The notes under the pieces are model-generated. The model saw only the letters and a program-made list of their open reading frames with translations, had not been told where the DNA came from and did no database searches. A stretch of DNA of 48,640 nt from Myxococcota bacterium (GTDB taxonomy: Bacteria > Myxococcota > JACRCW01), in NCBI GenBank assembly GCA_040752415.1, contig JBFMGU010000052.1, forward strand, positions 1-48,640, in the 5' to 3' direction. Below are positions 20,536-29,756 of this stretch, piece after piece; positions within the stretch are counted from its first letter, which is position 1; every line of letters begins with the position of its first letter. The translations under genes were made by a program, and so were the position numbers.

Positions 20536-21786
20536 TCACCACGCGTCGGGCGGGGAGGCGGGGGCCTGGGGCACCACGCGGTCCAGCACTTCCACGCGTC
20601 GCATGCCGCCCTGCACCTGCACGCGCGCCACCAGCCACACGTCATTCCGACGAGGATCCAGGTTCCGCGGCCCCATCCGGGTGAGCACCGCGCCGTCGCC
20701 CAGGATGACGGTGGTGGCGCGCACGGGGCCTTCCTCGCCGGGGACGGTGAGCACCGCCACGCCGTACACACCGTCCTCCACCGACGACAACAGCGCCGCC
20801 TCCGGCCCCGGCGCCGTGCGGTCACGCGTGGGGAAGCTGCAGCCGTCCCAGCGGGAATTGGCCATGCATGCCTTGCTGCCCACGCGCTCGCCGGGCGGCA
20901 CCAGCGCAAGGTCCATGTCGGCCTCCGTTCCTTCCCAGGAGAGATGCGCACTCAACGCCGCCCCCACCTGCCCTGCCGTCACCCGGCGCAGACAGCGACG
21001 AGAACCCGTCAGGCCCTGCACCTCCACGCCAACGCTGTTGTCGCCGGGGGACACGGGCAGCACGCGTCCGCCGAAGGTGGTCCCCTCCAACGCCAGCGGC
21101 AGTCGCAGCTCCGCGCCGGTGGGGTCCACGCTGATGAGCAGCGGCGTGCGCAGCGTGCCCTCCACCCGTCCCGCGACGATGATGCCCAACGTGTTGTCCG
21201 GCAGCAGGGTGTAGGGCGGCGGCTCGTCAAAGCGGACGGCGGGGCAGTCGTTGCACGCCGTGGGCGAGCGGTACGTGATCGCGCGTTTCACCTCGCCGCC
21301 GCGGGTGGTGGCGCGCGCGGTGATGGTGCCGCCGCCCTCCCCCACGGCCACACCGGTGAAGCGGAACGGGACCGCTTGTCGTTGTCCGGTGGGCTCCAGC
21401 TGGAGGGTCTGCGTGAACGCCGGCGCGCATCCCACGTTGTCCAGCGCGGCCACCTCGAGCGTGACGGGGTCCAGGTCCACCGTGACCGTGCCCGCAACGT
21501 CGACGGTGGTCCCCGGCGTCACCTGCACCCCGTCCGCGGGCTCGGTGACGGCGAGCTCCAGGATCCCACCCAGCCCGATACACCGGCCCGTGAAGTCGCA
21601 GAGCTGCTCGGGGCCGCACTGCAACGCCGTGAGGCAATCCTGCGTGCACCTCCCCTCCCCGCCGAGCACCTGGACCTTGCAGTAGTTCTGCGGCGGGCAG
21701 CTGGCGTCGTCGCTGCACGGGATGCTGTTGCACGCACCCGTCATCCCCATCATCAGCAGAAGCAGCGCGACTCTCACGGCGAGCAC
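20536..21786 (-). CDS. Lipoprotein with Cys module, Ig-like domains and YfaP-like C-terminal domain
   Basis: Lipobox TGAC, N-terminal Cys module, LSWEGTEADMDL...GPE motif. Overlaps the stop of the upstream gene. Confidence 0.65.
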   Translation of the reverse strand: MLAVRVALLLLMMGMTGACNSIPCSDDASCPPQNYCKVQVLGGEGRCTQDCLTALQCGPEQLCDFTGRCIGLGGILELAVTEPADGVQVTPGTTVDVAGTVTVDLDPVTLEVAALDNVGCAPAFTQTLQLEPTGQRQAVPFRFTGVAVGEGGGTITARATTRGGEVKRAITYRSPTACNDCPAVRFDEPPPYTLLPDNTLGIIVAGRVEGTLRTPLLISVDPTGAELRLPLALEGTTFGGRVLPVSPGDNSVGVEVQGLTGSRRCLRRVTAGQVGAALSAHLSWEGTEADMDLALVPPGERVGSKACMANSRWDGCSFPTRDRTAPGPEAALLSSVEDGVYGVAVLTVPGEEGPVRATTVILGDGAVLTRMGPRNLDPRRNDVWLVARVQVQGGMRRVEVLDRVVPQAPASPPDAW

Positions 21787-24659
21787 ACCGGGACGTAGGT
21801 GATGGCCACCTCACCGCCGACGGGCGGGAGGTGCTGTGCGTCGAACACGACGGAGTTGCTGGCCGGCTCGTAGGTCCAGCCGGTGGTGGCGGCCGTGCCG
21901 TTGACGGTGACGGTGATGCTTCCCGCGCGAGGGTTGCCCGCCAGCGAGAACCGACCGCGCGCCAGGAACACGCTCTCGCCCACCATCTGCAGCGTGGTGC
22001 CCCAGTCCGGCGCGCAGATGCTGGCAGCAATGCCTCCCGTCGCGGAGACGGCCTCCTGGTAGCGCGGCGCGGGGTAGCCCTCGTCGCCGGTGTTGGGGTC
22101 CATGCAGCCCGTGGGACCGCCGGTGATTCCGGACACCACCACCGCGGCGTTGGTGCCGGCCTTCAAGCCGCGGAAGAAGTCCAGGTATTGCGCGACCGTC
22201 AGCGGAGAGCTGTCCTCCTCGTCGCTGACGATGATGATGGCCAGTCCGGCCTCGGGGCGGAGGAAGCCCGCGTTGGTGCCGGCCAGCAGCTCCGGTGACA
22301 ACGCCATCCGCGCGGCCTCCAGGCCCTGCTCGTAGGGAGAGCCTTCCACGCCCACGCGCGCGCGGTTGGGGAACTCCGCCTGCACGTTGTTTCCGCGCGT
22401 GAGGTACGCGGGGCTGCCCAGCATCTGGCCGTGTGCGCCTTCCTGGGTGACGTCGGTGGTGGTGACGCCCAGGTGGAAATCCACGCTGCTCTGGAAGTCC
22501 GCCGCGTTGATGAAACGCTGCGCGTTCTCCGCCAGGCGCTGCTGGTTGTCATACATGCTCCCGGAGTTGTCGATCACGAAGAGCACGTCGACGAGCAGCG
22601 CGGACGTGGTCACGTCAAACGTCTCCGTGACGGGCGCGTTGGGGTCCACGCCCTCCCCCCGCAGGCCCACCACCAGCTCCAGCTCGTCGGGGAGATGCGC
22701 GAGGATGCGGATCTGCCCCGTGGCCTCCCCCAGCGTGTCCGGCGCGAACGTGGCGTCAAACGTGATGGCCTGTCCGCCGGTGAGCTGCGCGGGGAGATTG
22801 TTGACCACCACGCCAAACGGCGGCGAGTTGACCACCACCGGCGCATCCACGTCGGCGGCGGCTTCTCCGGTGGCAAGCAGCGTGATGCTGCGGGTGCGCG
22901 AGCCGCACTGCGTGGGCACACCCCCAAAGTCCACGAACGTGGGATTCGCCGAGATCTCGCCGTTGATTCCGCGTCCGCGCACCGTCACCAAGACGGGCGG
23001 CACCTCACCCACTCCCACCTGCGCCACCGCCTTCACGATGCCGGAGACGCGCGGCGAAAAGCGCACGGTCACCACGCTCTCGTCGCCGGGCTGGAGGACG
23101 GCGGCGCTGCCCTGGAAGCTGAACGCGCTGTCATTGGGGAACGTGGGCGAGGGGATGGGCATGGACAACGTGCACGGTCCGGTCCCCGCGTTGCGGATGC
23201 GGTAGGTGAGGAGGCTCTGCTGGCCCACGCGCACGGCGCCAAAGCCCAGCTCCTCCGTGCTCGTTGTCAACGCACACGCCACGTTGGTCCGCGCGGCGGA
23301 GAGGGACACGGTGAGCTCCGGTCGGGTGGCCACATCCGTCTCGACGCGCAGGGTGCCCGGGAACGTTCCCAGCGAGGGCGGCGTGAAGCGCACGGTCAAC
23401 ATGAGCGAGGCCGCGGGCCCAAGCACCAGTGGCAACGGTGGCACGCCCTCCAGCGCGAACCCGTCGCCCGCCACGGTGATGCCGGTGAGCGAGGCGTCCT
23501 GGTCGCCGCGGTTGAGGATGAGCACGTCGCGGAAGATCGGCGTGTCGTCGTGGAGCGCGCCCAGGTCCACGGCGCCGGGGATGGCCACCACGTCGCTGCC
23601 GGAGGTGGTGCCCACCAGGTCCACCAGCGCGGTGGGCGTGCGGGGGTCATTGGAGGTCAGCTTCACGCGCCCCTCGGTCCGCCCCGTGGTGACCGGCGTG
23701 AACCGCAAGGTGACCTCGCGACTCTCGTCGGGGGCCAGCGTGGCGGGCACACCGGAGACCACCTGGTATGCCACCGCGGCCACCACGATCTCCACAGCGG
23801 TGACGTCGAGGGCCGCGCTCCCGCGGTTGGTCACGGTGATGGCCGCCTCCGCGCTCTGGCCCTGCTCCAACCGGCCAAAGTCCAGCGTCAGCGGCGTGAC
23901 ATCAACGCGCGGCGCCCGCAGCGCCCCCGTCAGCGGGACGCTGATGCCGCACCCCGGGCCGCAAAAGTCCACGTCGAGCTCCGCGGTGGCCACACCGCCG
24001 ATGTTGGGCGCGTAGGTGATGCGCAGCACCTGGGAGCCCAGGCCGTCCACGCGCACGGGCACGTCGCCATCCGGGTCTGCTCCCTCCAGCGTGAACGCGC
24101 GAAGCCCTTCGGAGACAATGTGCGCGGTGGCTTCCGCGGGCTGGTTGGTGCGGTTGGTGAGCGTGACTTCCAGCGTGCGCGTCTCCCCGAGGCCCAGCTC
24201 ACCAAAGTCCAGCGCGTTGGGGTTGGCGCTCAGCGCCGGTGCCACGCCCGTGGCCGTCAGCTCCACGCGCAGCTCCGGGTTGTCCACGGCGTTGCTGCGA
24301 ATGACGACGGTGGCGCGTTGCTCCCCCTCGGAGAGCGGCTTGAAAACCACGGTGAGGGTGGTGACACCCTGCGGAATCACCTCCGCGCCCAGGGTCCGCA
24401 CGGTGAACGCGGACGCCTGCGGCCCCTCCACCTCGACGGACCGGATGGTCAGCGTGCCGTTCCCGGCGTTGCGCAGGTACAGGTCCTCGTCGAGGGAGAC
24501 ACCCACGGCGGCTTCGCCGAACGTCAATGAGCGCGCGCAGTCGGCCTTGGGCTCCACGCGCTCCACGTTCTCCCCTTCACAGGTACAGCCCGGCGTCAGC
24601 GCGGGTCCCACCAACAGCGGCAGGGCCACCAGCATCCTGAGGGTCTGGGAACGAGACAT
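21774..24659 (-). CDS. Lipoprotein with ~6 ASH/choice-of-anchor-D Ig-like repeats and a C-terminal VWA (MIDAS) domain
   Basis: Lipobox-like TPGC, repeated LxFG...lxNxG...FxP units, VDVLFVIDNSGSM (DxSxS), EQGL and IIIVSDEED. Confidence 0.8.
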   Translation of the reverse strand: MSRSQTLRMLVALPLLVGPALTPGCTCEGENVERVEPKADCARSLTFGEAAVGVSLDEDLYLRNAGNGTLTIRSVEVEGPQASAFTVRTLGAEVIPQGVTTLTVVFKPLSEGEQRATVVIRSNAVDNPELRVELTATGVAPALSANPNALDFGELGLGETRTLEVTLTNRTNQPAEATAHIVSEGLRAFTLEGADPDGDVPVRVDGLGSQVLRITYAPNIGGVATAELDVDFCGPGCGISVPLTGALRAPRVDVTPLTLDFGRLEQGQSAEAAITVTNRGSAALDVTAVEIVVAAVAYQVVSGVPATLAPDESREVTLRFTPVTTGRTEGRVKLTSNDPRTPTALVDLVGTTSGSDVVAIPGAVDLGALHDDTPIFRDVLILNRGDQDASLTGITVAGDGFALEGVPPLPLVLGPAASLMLTVRFTPPSLGTFPGTLRVETDVATRPELTVSLSAARTNVACALTTSTEELGFGAVRVGQQSLLTYRIRNAGTGPCTLSMPIPSPTFPNDSAFSFQGSAAVLQPGDESVVTVRFSPRVSGIVKAVAQVGVGEVPPVLVTVRGRGINGEISANPTFVDFGGVPTQCGSRTRSITLLATGEAAADVDAPVVVNSPPFGVVVNNLPAQLTGGQAITFDATFAPDTLGEATGQIRILAHLPDELELVVGLRGEGVDPNAPVTETFDVTTSALLVDVLFVIDNSGSMYDNQQRLAENAQRFINAADFQSSVDFHLGVTTTDVTQEGAHGQMLGSPAYLTRGNNVQAEFPNRARVGVEGSPYEQGLEAARMALSPELLAGTNAGFLRPEAGLAIIIVSDEEDSSPLTVAQYLDFFRGLKAGTNAAVVVSGITGGPTGCMDPNTGDEGYPAPRYQEAVSATGGIAASICAPDWGTTLQMVGESVFLARGRFSLAGNPRAGSITVTVNGTAATTGWTYEPASNSVVFDAQHLPPVGGEVAITYVPVCSP

Positions 24660-24740
24660 GACCGCCAGCGTAGCGGCCCGATCACGCGGTCTCAACGTCG
24701 TCGACAGCATGCGCAGATCACGCAGGGGCCGCTGCGCAAA

Positions 24741-25763
24741 TCACGCGGCTTCGTCGCGGTCCTCGTCGTCACTGCGGGTGGCCACCTTCACGGCGCGGAA
24801 GCTCACCTTGCCGGCCACCAGGAACACGGCCGCGGTCAGGAGCATGTGCAGGGTCTGGGTGAGGTGCGTCCAGATGGCGTAGGCAAACCCGTCGGACATG
24901 GAGACGCCGAACACCTTGAGCGCCACCTGGATGGCGTACTCGAAGTTGCCCACGTTGCCCGGCCCCGCGGGAATGGTGATGCCGACCACCAGGCACGCCA
25001 GCGCGAAGAAGCCGCCCTCCACCGGCACGCCCAGGTTCATGCCGTAGGCGAGGATCCACATGCCCAGCCCGTTGAGGAGCCAGTACGCCAGCGTCAGGCC
25101 CATGTAGACGAGCACGTCGCGCAGCGTGGGCAGGCTCTTGAGTCCCTCGATGAACGCGTCGAGCATGCCGAGCAGCTTCTCGCTGATGCGGGTGCCCAAC
25201 GGGCTCAGCACGGCGCGCCAGAACCGCAGGGAGAGGTCGCGCCACCGGTACGCCGCCACAAACACCGCCATGGCCCCGCCGAAGACGAGCAGCGCCAGGT
25301 AGCCACCCACCTCGATGATCGCCGGCACCTCGCGGTTGCCCAGCAGCATCAGCGTGATGCCCAGGACACCGGTCATCACCAGTCCGTCGACGACACGCTC
25401 CAGCGCCACGGTGGCCAGCGCCGCGCTCTTGCGCCCGTAGCCCGCCGCGCTGATGAGCACGGGGCGGATGAACTCACCGAGTCGGAACGGCAGGAGGAAG
25501 GTGCCCGCGAAGGAGACGCTGCAGATGGCGAATGCGTCGCCAAAAGGCAGGGAGCGGCCGGTGAGCTTCTCCACCTGCAGCTGCCAGCGCCAGGTGCGGA
25601 AGAAATAGGTGGCGTAGAGCTGCGCCACGTAGGCCACGTAGACCCACCAGGGGACGCGCGCCATGGTGGCGTAGGCGGCCTCCCAGTCGACGCCACGGAA
25701 GGAGAGCCAAAGCAGGCCCAGGCTGAGAGCGACGCCAATCACCCCCTGGAGCACACGCTTCAT
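24741..25763 (-). CDS. Lysylphosphatidylglycerol synthase TM-like / UPF0104 flippase-like membrane protein
   Basis: RTWRWQ, LPFRLGEFIR, ALERVVD, IPAGPGNVGNFE and multiple TM helices. Confidence 0.85.
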   Translation of the reverse strand: MKRVLQGVIGVALSLGLLWLSFRGVDWEAAYATMARVPWWVYVAYVAQLYATYFFRTWRWQLQVEKLTGRSLPFGDAFAICSVSFAGTFLLPFRLGEFIRPVLISAAGYGRKSAALATVALERVVDGLVMTGVLGITLMLLGNREVPAIIEVGGYLALLVFGGAMAVFVAAYRWRDLSLRFWRAVLSPLGTRISEKLLGMLDAFIEGLKSLPTLRDVLVYMGLTLAYWLLNGLGMWILAYGMNLGVPVEGGFFALACLVVGITIPAGPGNVGNFEYAIQVALKVFGVSMSDGFAYAIWTHLTQTLHMLLTAAVFLVAGKVSFRAVKVATRSDDEDRDEAA

Positions 25764-25794
25764 GTTGCTTCTCCCACGTCCCGCTCCATTGCCC

Positions 25795-26529
25795 TCATGA
25801 CGCCATGTCCTGCACGGGCCTGCCCTCCAGCACCGCCCGCGGGTTGTGCACCGCCAACAATTCCGCCGTGGCCCGACCCCATTTTTTTTGCAAGACCTTG
25901 AGGCCCTTCTGCACCAGGGCCGCGGGGTCCTCGGGGCCGTGGCAGTCACCGGCCACCACGTGACAGAGGCCCGCGTCCAGGATCTTGAGCGCGGCCTTCT
26001 CGTTGTCACGACCGTAGGCTCCGACGAGGGAACCCAGGTTCACCTGCAGCGCATATCCCTGCTCATGCAGCGTGGTGAGAACCCTGAGGTCCACGCCAAC
26101 CTTGGAGTACCGCTCGACGTGCGCCAGCAGCGGCTGCAGCCCCGCCCGACGGAGCCGGTACAGCACACCCGGCAGGTCCGGCGGCGGTCCGGAGTACGGA
26201 ATCTCCGTCAGCATGTAGCTGCCCAGCGCGTAGGGCGTGTGCTCGCCACGGCTCACGTGCTCGAACAGCTCCGGCGTCAGGTAGTGCTCGCTGCCTTCGT
26301 GGAGCTGCAGCGGGATTCCCGCCTCGGACAGCTTCTCCTTCAGCAGGGGCAGCTTTTCCGTCACCACGGGCCGCGTGTTGACCCAGCCTTTGTCGTGGCG
26401 CAGGTGCGGGGTGCACGCCACGGCCGTCACGCCGGCATCCACCAGCGCGCGCGCCATCTGGAGGGCGTCGTCGGCCGTGCGACAGCCGTCGTCCACGCCC
26501 CAGACCAGGTGACAGTGCAGGTCAATCAT
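25795..26529 (-). CDS. CpsB/CapC-type PHP tyrosine-protein phosphatase
   Basis: MIDLHCHLVWGVDDG, CTPH, LAHVERY, QVNLGSL, AGDCH. Confidence 0.9.
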   Translation of the reverse strand: MIDLHCHLVWGVDDGCRTADDALQMARALVDAGVTAVACTPHLRHDKGWVNTRPVVTEKLPLLKEKLSEAGIPLQLHEGSEHYLTPELFEHVSRGEHTPYALGSYMLTEIPYSGPPPDLPGVLYRLRRAGLQPLLAHVERYSKVGVDLRVLTTLHEQGYALQVNLGSLVGAYGRDNEKAALKILDAGLCHVVAGDCHGPEDPAALVQKGLKVLQKKWGRATAELLAVHNPRAVLEGRPVQDMAS

Positions 26530-26590
26530 GGGGGGCCGCAACCTAGAGGCAGCCCTCCGTGCACACAAGACCCGGAAAGTCCCAACGCCT

Positions 26591-29545
26591 TCAGCGACGG
26601 CGTCGGCGCGTGACCATTCCCAGCATTGCCACGGCCATCACCGCCCAGGCTCCCACCGGGCTGTCCGCGGGCGTGGCGCAGGTGCAGCTGCCGCCGCCGT
26701 CGTCGCCGCCGGTGTCGTCGTCGTTGTTGTTCCAGCCACCGCGGTCCGGCCGGTTCCGACCCGCGTCGTCCGGCGTGTTCCCGGCATCCGGCGTGGGCGT
26801 GACCGCGGCATCCGACTGACCCGCGTCCTCGGGATCCGGCTGCGCGGCGTCGACGGTCACGGCGGCGTCGGGGCCCCGCGCGTCGGGACGACCGGAGTCC
26901 GGGGTGCCCGCGTCCGGCGTGCCCGGCGTTCCCGCGTCCGGCAGCGGCTGGCCGCAGGCCTCGTCGGCGAGACCGTCGCAGTCGTCGTCCTCGTTGTTCC
27001 CGCACACCTCGGGGGACTCGAAGTCGCCGTAGCAGTCGACCACGCCGTCGTCGCACAGCACGAAGCCCACGGCGCAGCGGTCGCGGTCGGTGAGCCGGTC
27101 GCAGCGCTCACCCACGTTGAGGCCGTTCCAGCGCTCGAAGGTCTCGTCGGTCTCCCCGTCGCAATCCTCGTCGATCAGGGTGCCGCAGATCTCCGGCGTC
27201 TCCACCGTCTCCTCGCAGTCCACCACGCCCTGCGCGTTGCACACCACCACGCCGTTGGCGCAGTAGTCGTTGTCGGTCCTGCGGTCGCAAGCGCCGCCGA
27301 TGGCCGCCCCGTACCACGTGTTGTCCTCGTCGGTGAGGCCGTCGCAGTCGTCGTCCACGTTGTTGCCACAGAACTCCGTGCCCTGCTCCTGGGTCACGCA
27401 CACCACGCCGTCGCCGTTGGCGTTGCACTGGTAGATGCCGCCCACGCAGTTGCCCACCGCCTCACCGCACGCGGTGCCCAGCAGCGGGAAGCCGTCGTTG
27501 ACGTCGTAGACGCCGTCGCAGTCGTTGTCCTCGTTGTAGCCGTCGCACACTTCCGGCGTGGGCAGGTCTCCCACGCACGCCGCGCTGGTGGCGGAAGTGC
27601 ACTCCACGTGACCGTAGGGGCAGTAGTCCTCGTCGTTGTCGTCGCACGCGTCGCCCACGGCGAGCGTGGTGCCGTTGGGGCCGGCGATGGAGAAGTCCTC
27701 GTCGGTATCGCCGTCGCAGTCGTCATCCTGATTGTTGCAGGTTTCCGCGCGCGCCACGTCGTTCACGCAGTCCGCCGCGGTGAGGGAGACGCACTGCACG
27801 GTGCCCAGCTCGCACACGTCGGGATCATCCACGTCGTCACAGGCCTCACCCACGCGTCGGTCGTAGCCGCCCACGGAGGTGACCAGGAAGGGCTCGTCCA
27901 CGCCGCCCACGCAGTTGTTGTCCACGCCGTCGCAGTACTCCTGCGCGCCGGGGTAGATGGTGCTGACGTCGTCATTGCAGTCGGTGTTGGTGGCCACCCA
28001 GCCCGGCGGCGGCGTGCCGCAGTACACGGTGGCGTTGGCGGTGGCGTCGCCGTACCCGTCGAGATCGCCGTCCGGGTAGTACGGAGCGGGAGGAGCAAAG
28101 CCCTCGTCAACCTCGTTGTTGCAGTTGTTGTCCACGCCGTCACAGACCTCGATCACGCCGGGGCGGATGGCGTTGTTGTTGTCATTGCAGTCGGTGTTCT
28201 GGTCGTCGTAGCCCGGCGGCGGCGTGCCGCACAGGCGCACCTGGTTGCTCCCCGCCGCGCCGTAACCGTCCTGGTCCACGTCGGGATAGTAGTAGCCGGG
28301 CGTGCCCAGTCCCTCGTCCGCCTGGAAGTTGCAGTTGTTGTCGATGGCGTCGCACAGCTCCTGCGCACCGGGGTACACGTTGGGATCGTTGTCGGCGCAG
28401 TCGTCGGCCTCCTCCGAGTAGCCGTTGGGCGGCGCACCGCACAGCAGCACCGACTGCGAGCCCACCGCGCCGTGCCCGTCCAGGTCCGCGTCCGGGTAGT
28501 AATTGGCCACGCCGCCCAGGCCGTCGTCGGGCGTGCCGTCACAGTCATCATCCACGCCGTTGCACAGCTCTGTGCCGTTGGGCTTGATGGCGGCGTTGTT
28601 GTCGTTGCAGTCGGTGTTGTTGAGCGAATAGCCGGCGGGCGGGTTGCCGCAGATCAGCGTCGACTGGGAGCCCACCGCGCCGTACGTGTCGCGGTCGTTG
28701 TCGGGGTAGTAGTACGCCGGCGTGCCCAGTCCGTCGTCGGGCGTGCCGTCGCAGTCATCATCCACGTTGTTGCACACCTCGGTGCCGCCCGGCCGCACGG
28801 CCGCGTTGGTGTCGTCGCAGTCGCCGCCGCCGTTGTTGGGGTTGGCGTAGCAGGCCGCGGGCAGGTAGCCGTCGTTGTCGCCGTCCACGCACGGAAGCGG
28901 TTCCACGGGGATGACGCGACCGCACTCATTGGGCGCAGCGGTGGTGCAGGCCCCGGGCAGCGTGCCCACGTCCTTGGTGAGCACCGAGGTCTTCTGGGAG
29001 ACGGCCCAGTTGAATCCACCGGCGAGCTTCACGTTGAGATCGGCCGCATTCTGGGCGAGCACCGGCGGCGTCCACAGCAGGCTCACCGTCACCGTCTGCG
29101 TGCAGCCCGCGGGATCACCCGCCTGCGACGCCGTGCTGGCGATGCGATTGGCCGCGTTGTGCTTCACCTGCTTGTTGCCGGGGACCAGCACGCCGCGACC
29201 GCCGTTGGGGATGGCCAGCGTCCCACCGCCGCCGGCGCCAAACACGCCAACGTTGTAGCCCGCGTTGAAAGCCGCGGTGGTGCACACCTTGAACTCGACT
29301 GGATACGTCTTCGTCGGCGTGATGCCCGCGTACGGCGCCGCGATGGGCTGGTTGGTGTCCGGGTCACGGATGACGAGATCCGTGCGCGAGTTGGGATCCG
29401 GCCCGTTGTGACAGAAGCTGCAGTAGTTGCCGTTGTACCCCGTCCGGTCCTGGATCCCGTTGGAGTACGCAAACACCGGCCCCGACGCCAACACGGAAGC
29501 GAGAACCAGCGCTCCGCTGGTCCAACCCACGCGCACGTTTTTCAT
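26591..29545 (-). CDS. MYXO-CTERM surface protein with N-terminal CxxCH domain and ~10 MopE-type Asp/Cys-rich repeats
   Basis: Signal peptide ending PVFA, CSFCH, repeats DCxD...ExCxxxDxxCxxxxDE with YYPDxDxDGYG spacers, a PDAG linker and the tail GGGSCTC-hydrophobic-RRRRR. Confidence 0.85.
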   Translation of the reverse strand: MKNVRVGWTSGALVLASVLASGPVFAYSNGIQDRTGYNGNYCSFCHNGPDPNSRTDLVIRDPDTNQPIAAPYAGITPTKTYPVEFKVCTTAAFNAGYNVGVFGAGGGGTLAIPNGGRGVLVPGNKQVKHNAANRIASTASQAGDPAGCTQTVTVSLLWTPPVLAQNAADLNVKLAGGFNWAVSQKTSVLTKDVGTLPGACTTAAPNECGRVIPVEPLPCVDGDNDGYLPAACYANPNNGGGDCDDTNAAVRPGGTEVCNNVDDDCDGTPDDGLGTPAYYYPDNDRDTYGAVGSQSTLICGNPPAGYSLNNTDCNDNNAAIKPNGTELCNGVDDDCDGTPDDGLGGVANYYPDADLDGHGAVGSQSVLLCGAPPNGYSEEADDCADNDPNVYPGAQELCDAIDNNCNFQADEGLGTPGYYYPDVDQDGYGAAGSNQVRLCGTPPPGYDDQNTDCNDNNNAIRPGVIEVCDGVDNNCNNEVDEGFAPPAPYYPDGDLDGYGDATANATVYCGTPPPGWVATNTDCNDDVSTIYPGAQEYCDGVDNNCVGGVDEPFLVTSVGGYDRRVGEACDDVDDPDVCELGTVQCVSLTAADCVNDVARAETCNNQDDDCDGDTDEDFSIAGPNGTTLAVGDACDDNDEDYCPYGHVECTSATSAACVGDLPTPEVCDGYNEDNDCDGVYDVNDGFPLLGTACGEAVGNCVGGIYQCNANGDGVVCVTQEQGTEFCGNNVDDDCDGLTDEDNTWYGAAIGGACDRRTDNDYCANGVVVCNAQGVVDCEETVETPEICGTLIDEDCDGETDETFERWNGLNVGERCDRLTDRDRCAVGFVLCDDGVVDCYGDFESPEVCGNNEDDDCDGLADEACGQPLPDAGTPGTPDAGTPDSGRPDARGPDAAVTVDAAQPDPEDAGQSDAAVTPTPDAGNTPDDAGRNRPDRGGWNNNDDDTGGDDGGGSCTCATPADSPVGAWAVMAVAMLGMVTRRRRR

Positions 29546-29690
29546 TCGAGCGACCTCTCGGCAGATGATGCGCACTATGCCGCGCGCTCGATGCGTTGGG
29601 TAGTCCCTTCCGACGGAAAAGAGTGCGTCCTATCTCCTCCGCTTGAACGGACGCTTCGCAGATATGCCCGAGGCTACTTTGCCCTACACG

Positions 29691-29719
29691 TTGACAGCCC
29701 GAGGACGGGATCGCAGCCT
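29691..29719 (+). promoter_or_regulatory. Putative sigma70-type promoter for the giant repeat gene
   Basis: Perfect TTGACA at 29691-29696, a 17-nt spacer and a weak -10 CAGCCT at 29714-29719, ending 37 nt before ATG 29757. Confidence 0.35.
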
Positions 29720-29756
29720 TCGCGCATTGGCGAAATCATTACCTCGGGGTCGCGAA

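Noticed and set aside
24741..26529. Capsule/EPS biosynthesis cluster
   Set aside because: Only the phosphatase and a flippase-like gene are present; wzc, wza and glycosyltransferases are absent from the window.
29642..29658. Second LexA-like site in the divergent intergenic region
   Set aside because: Three mismatches to the consensus, including in the conserved ends, and no repair gene nearby.
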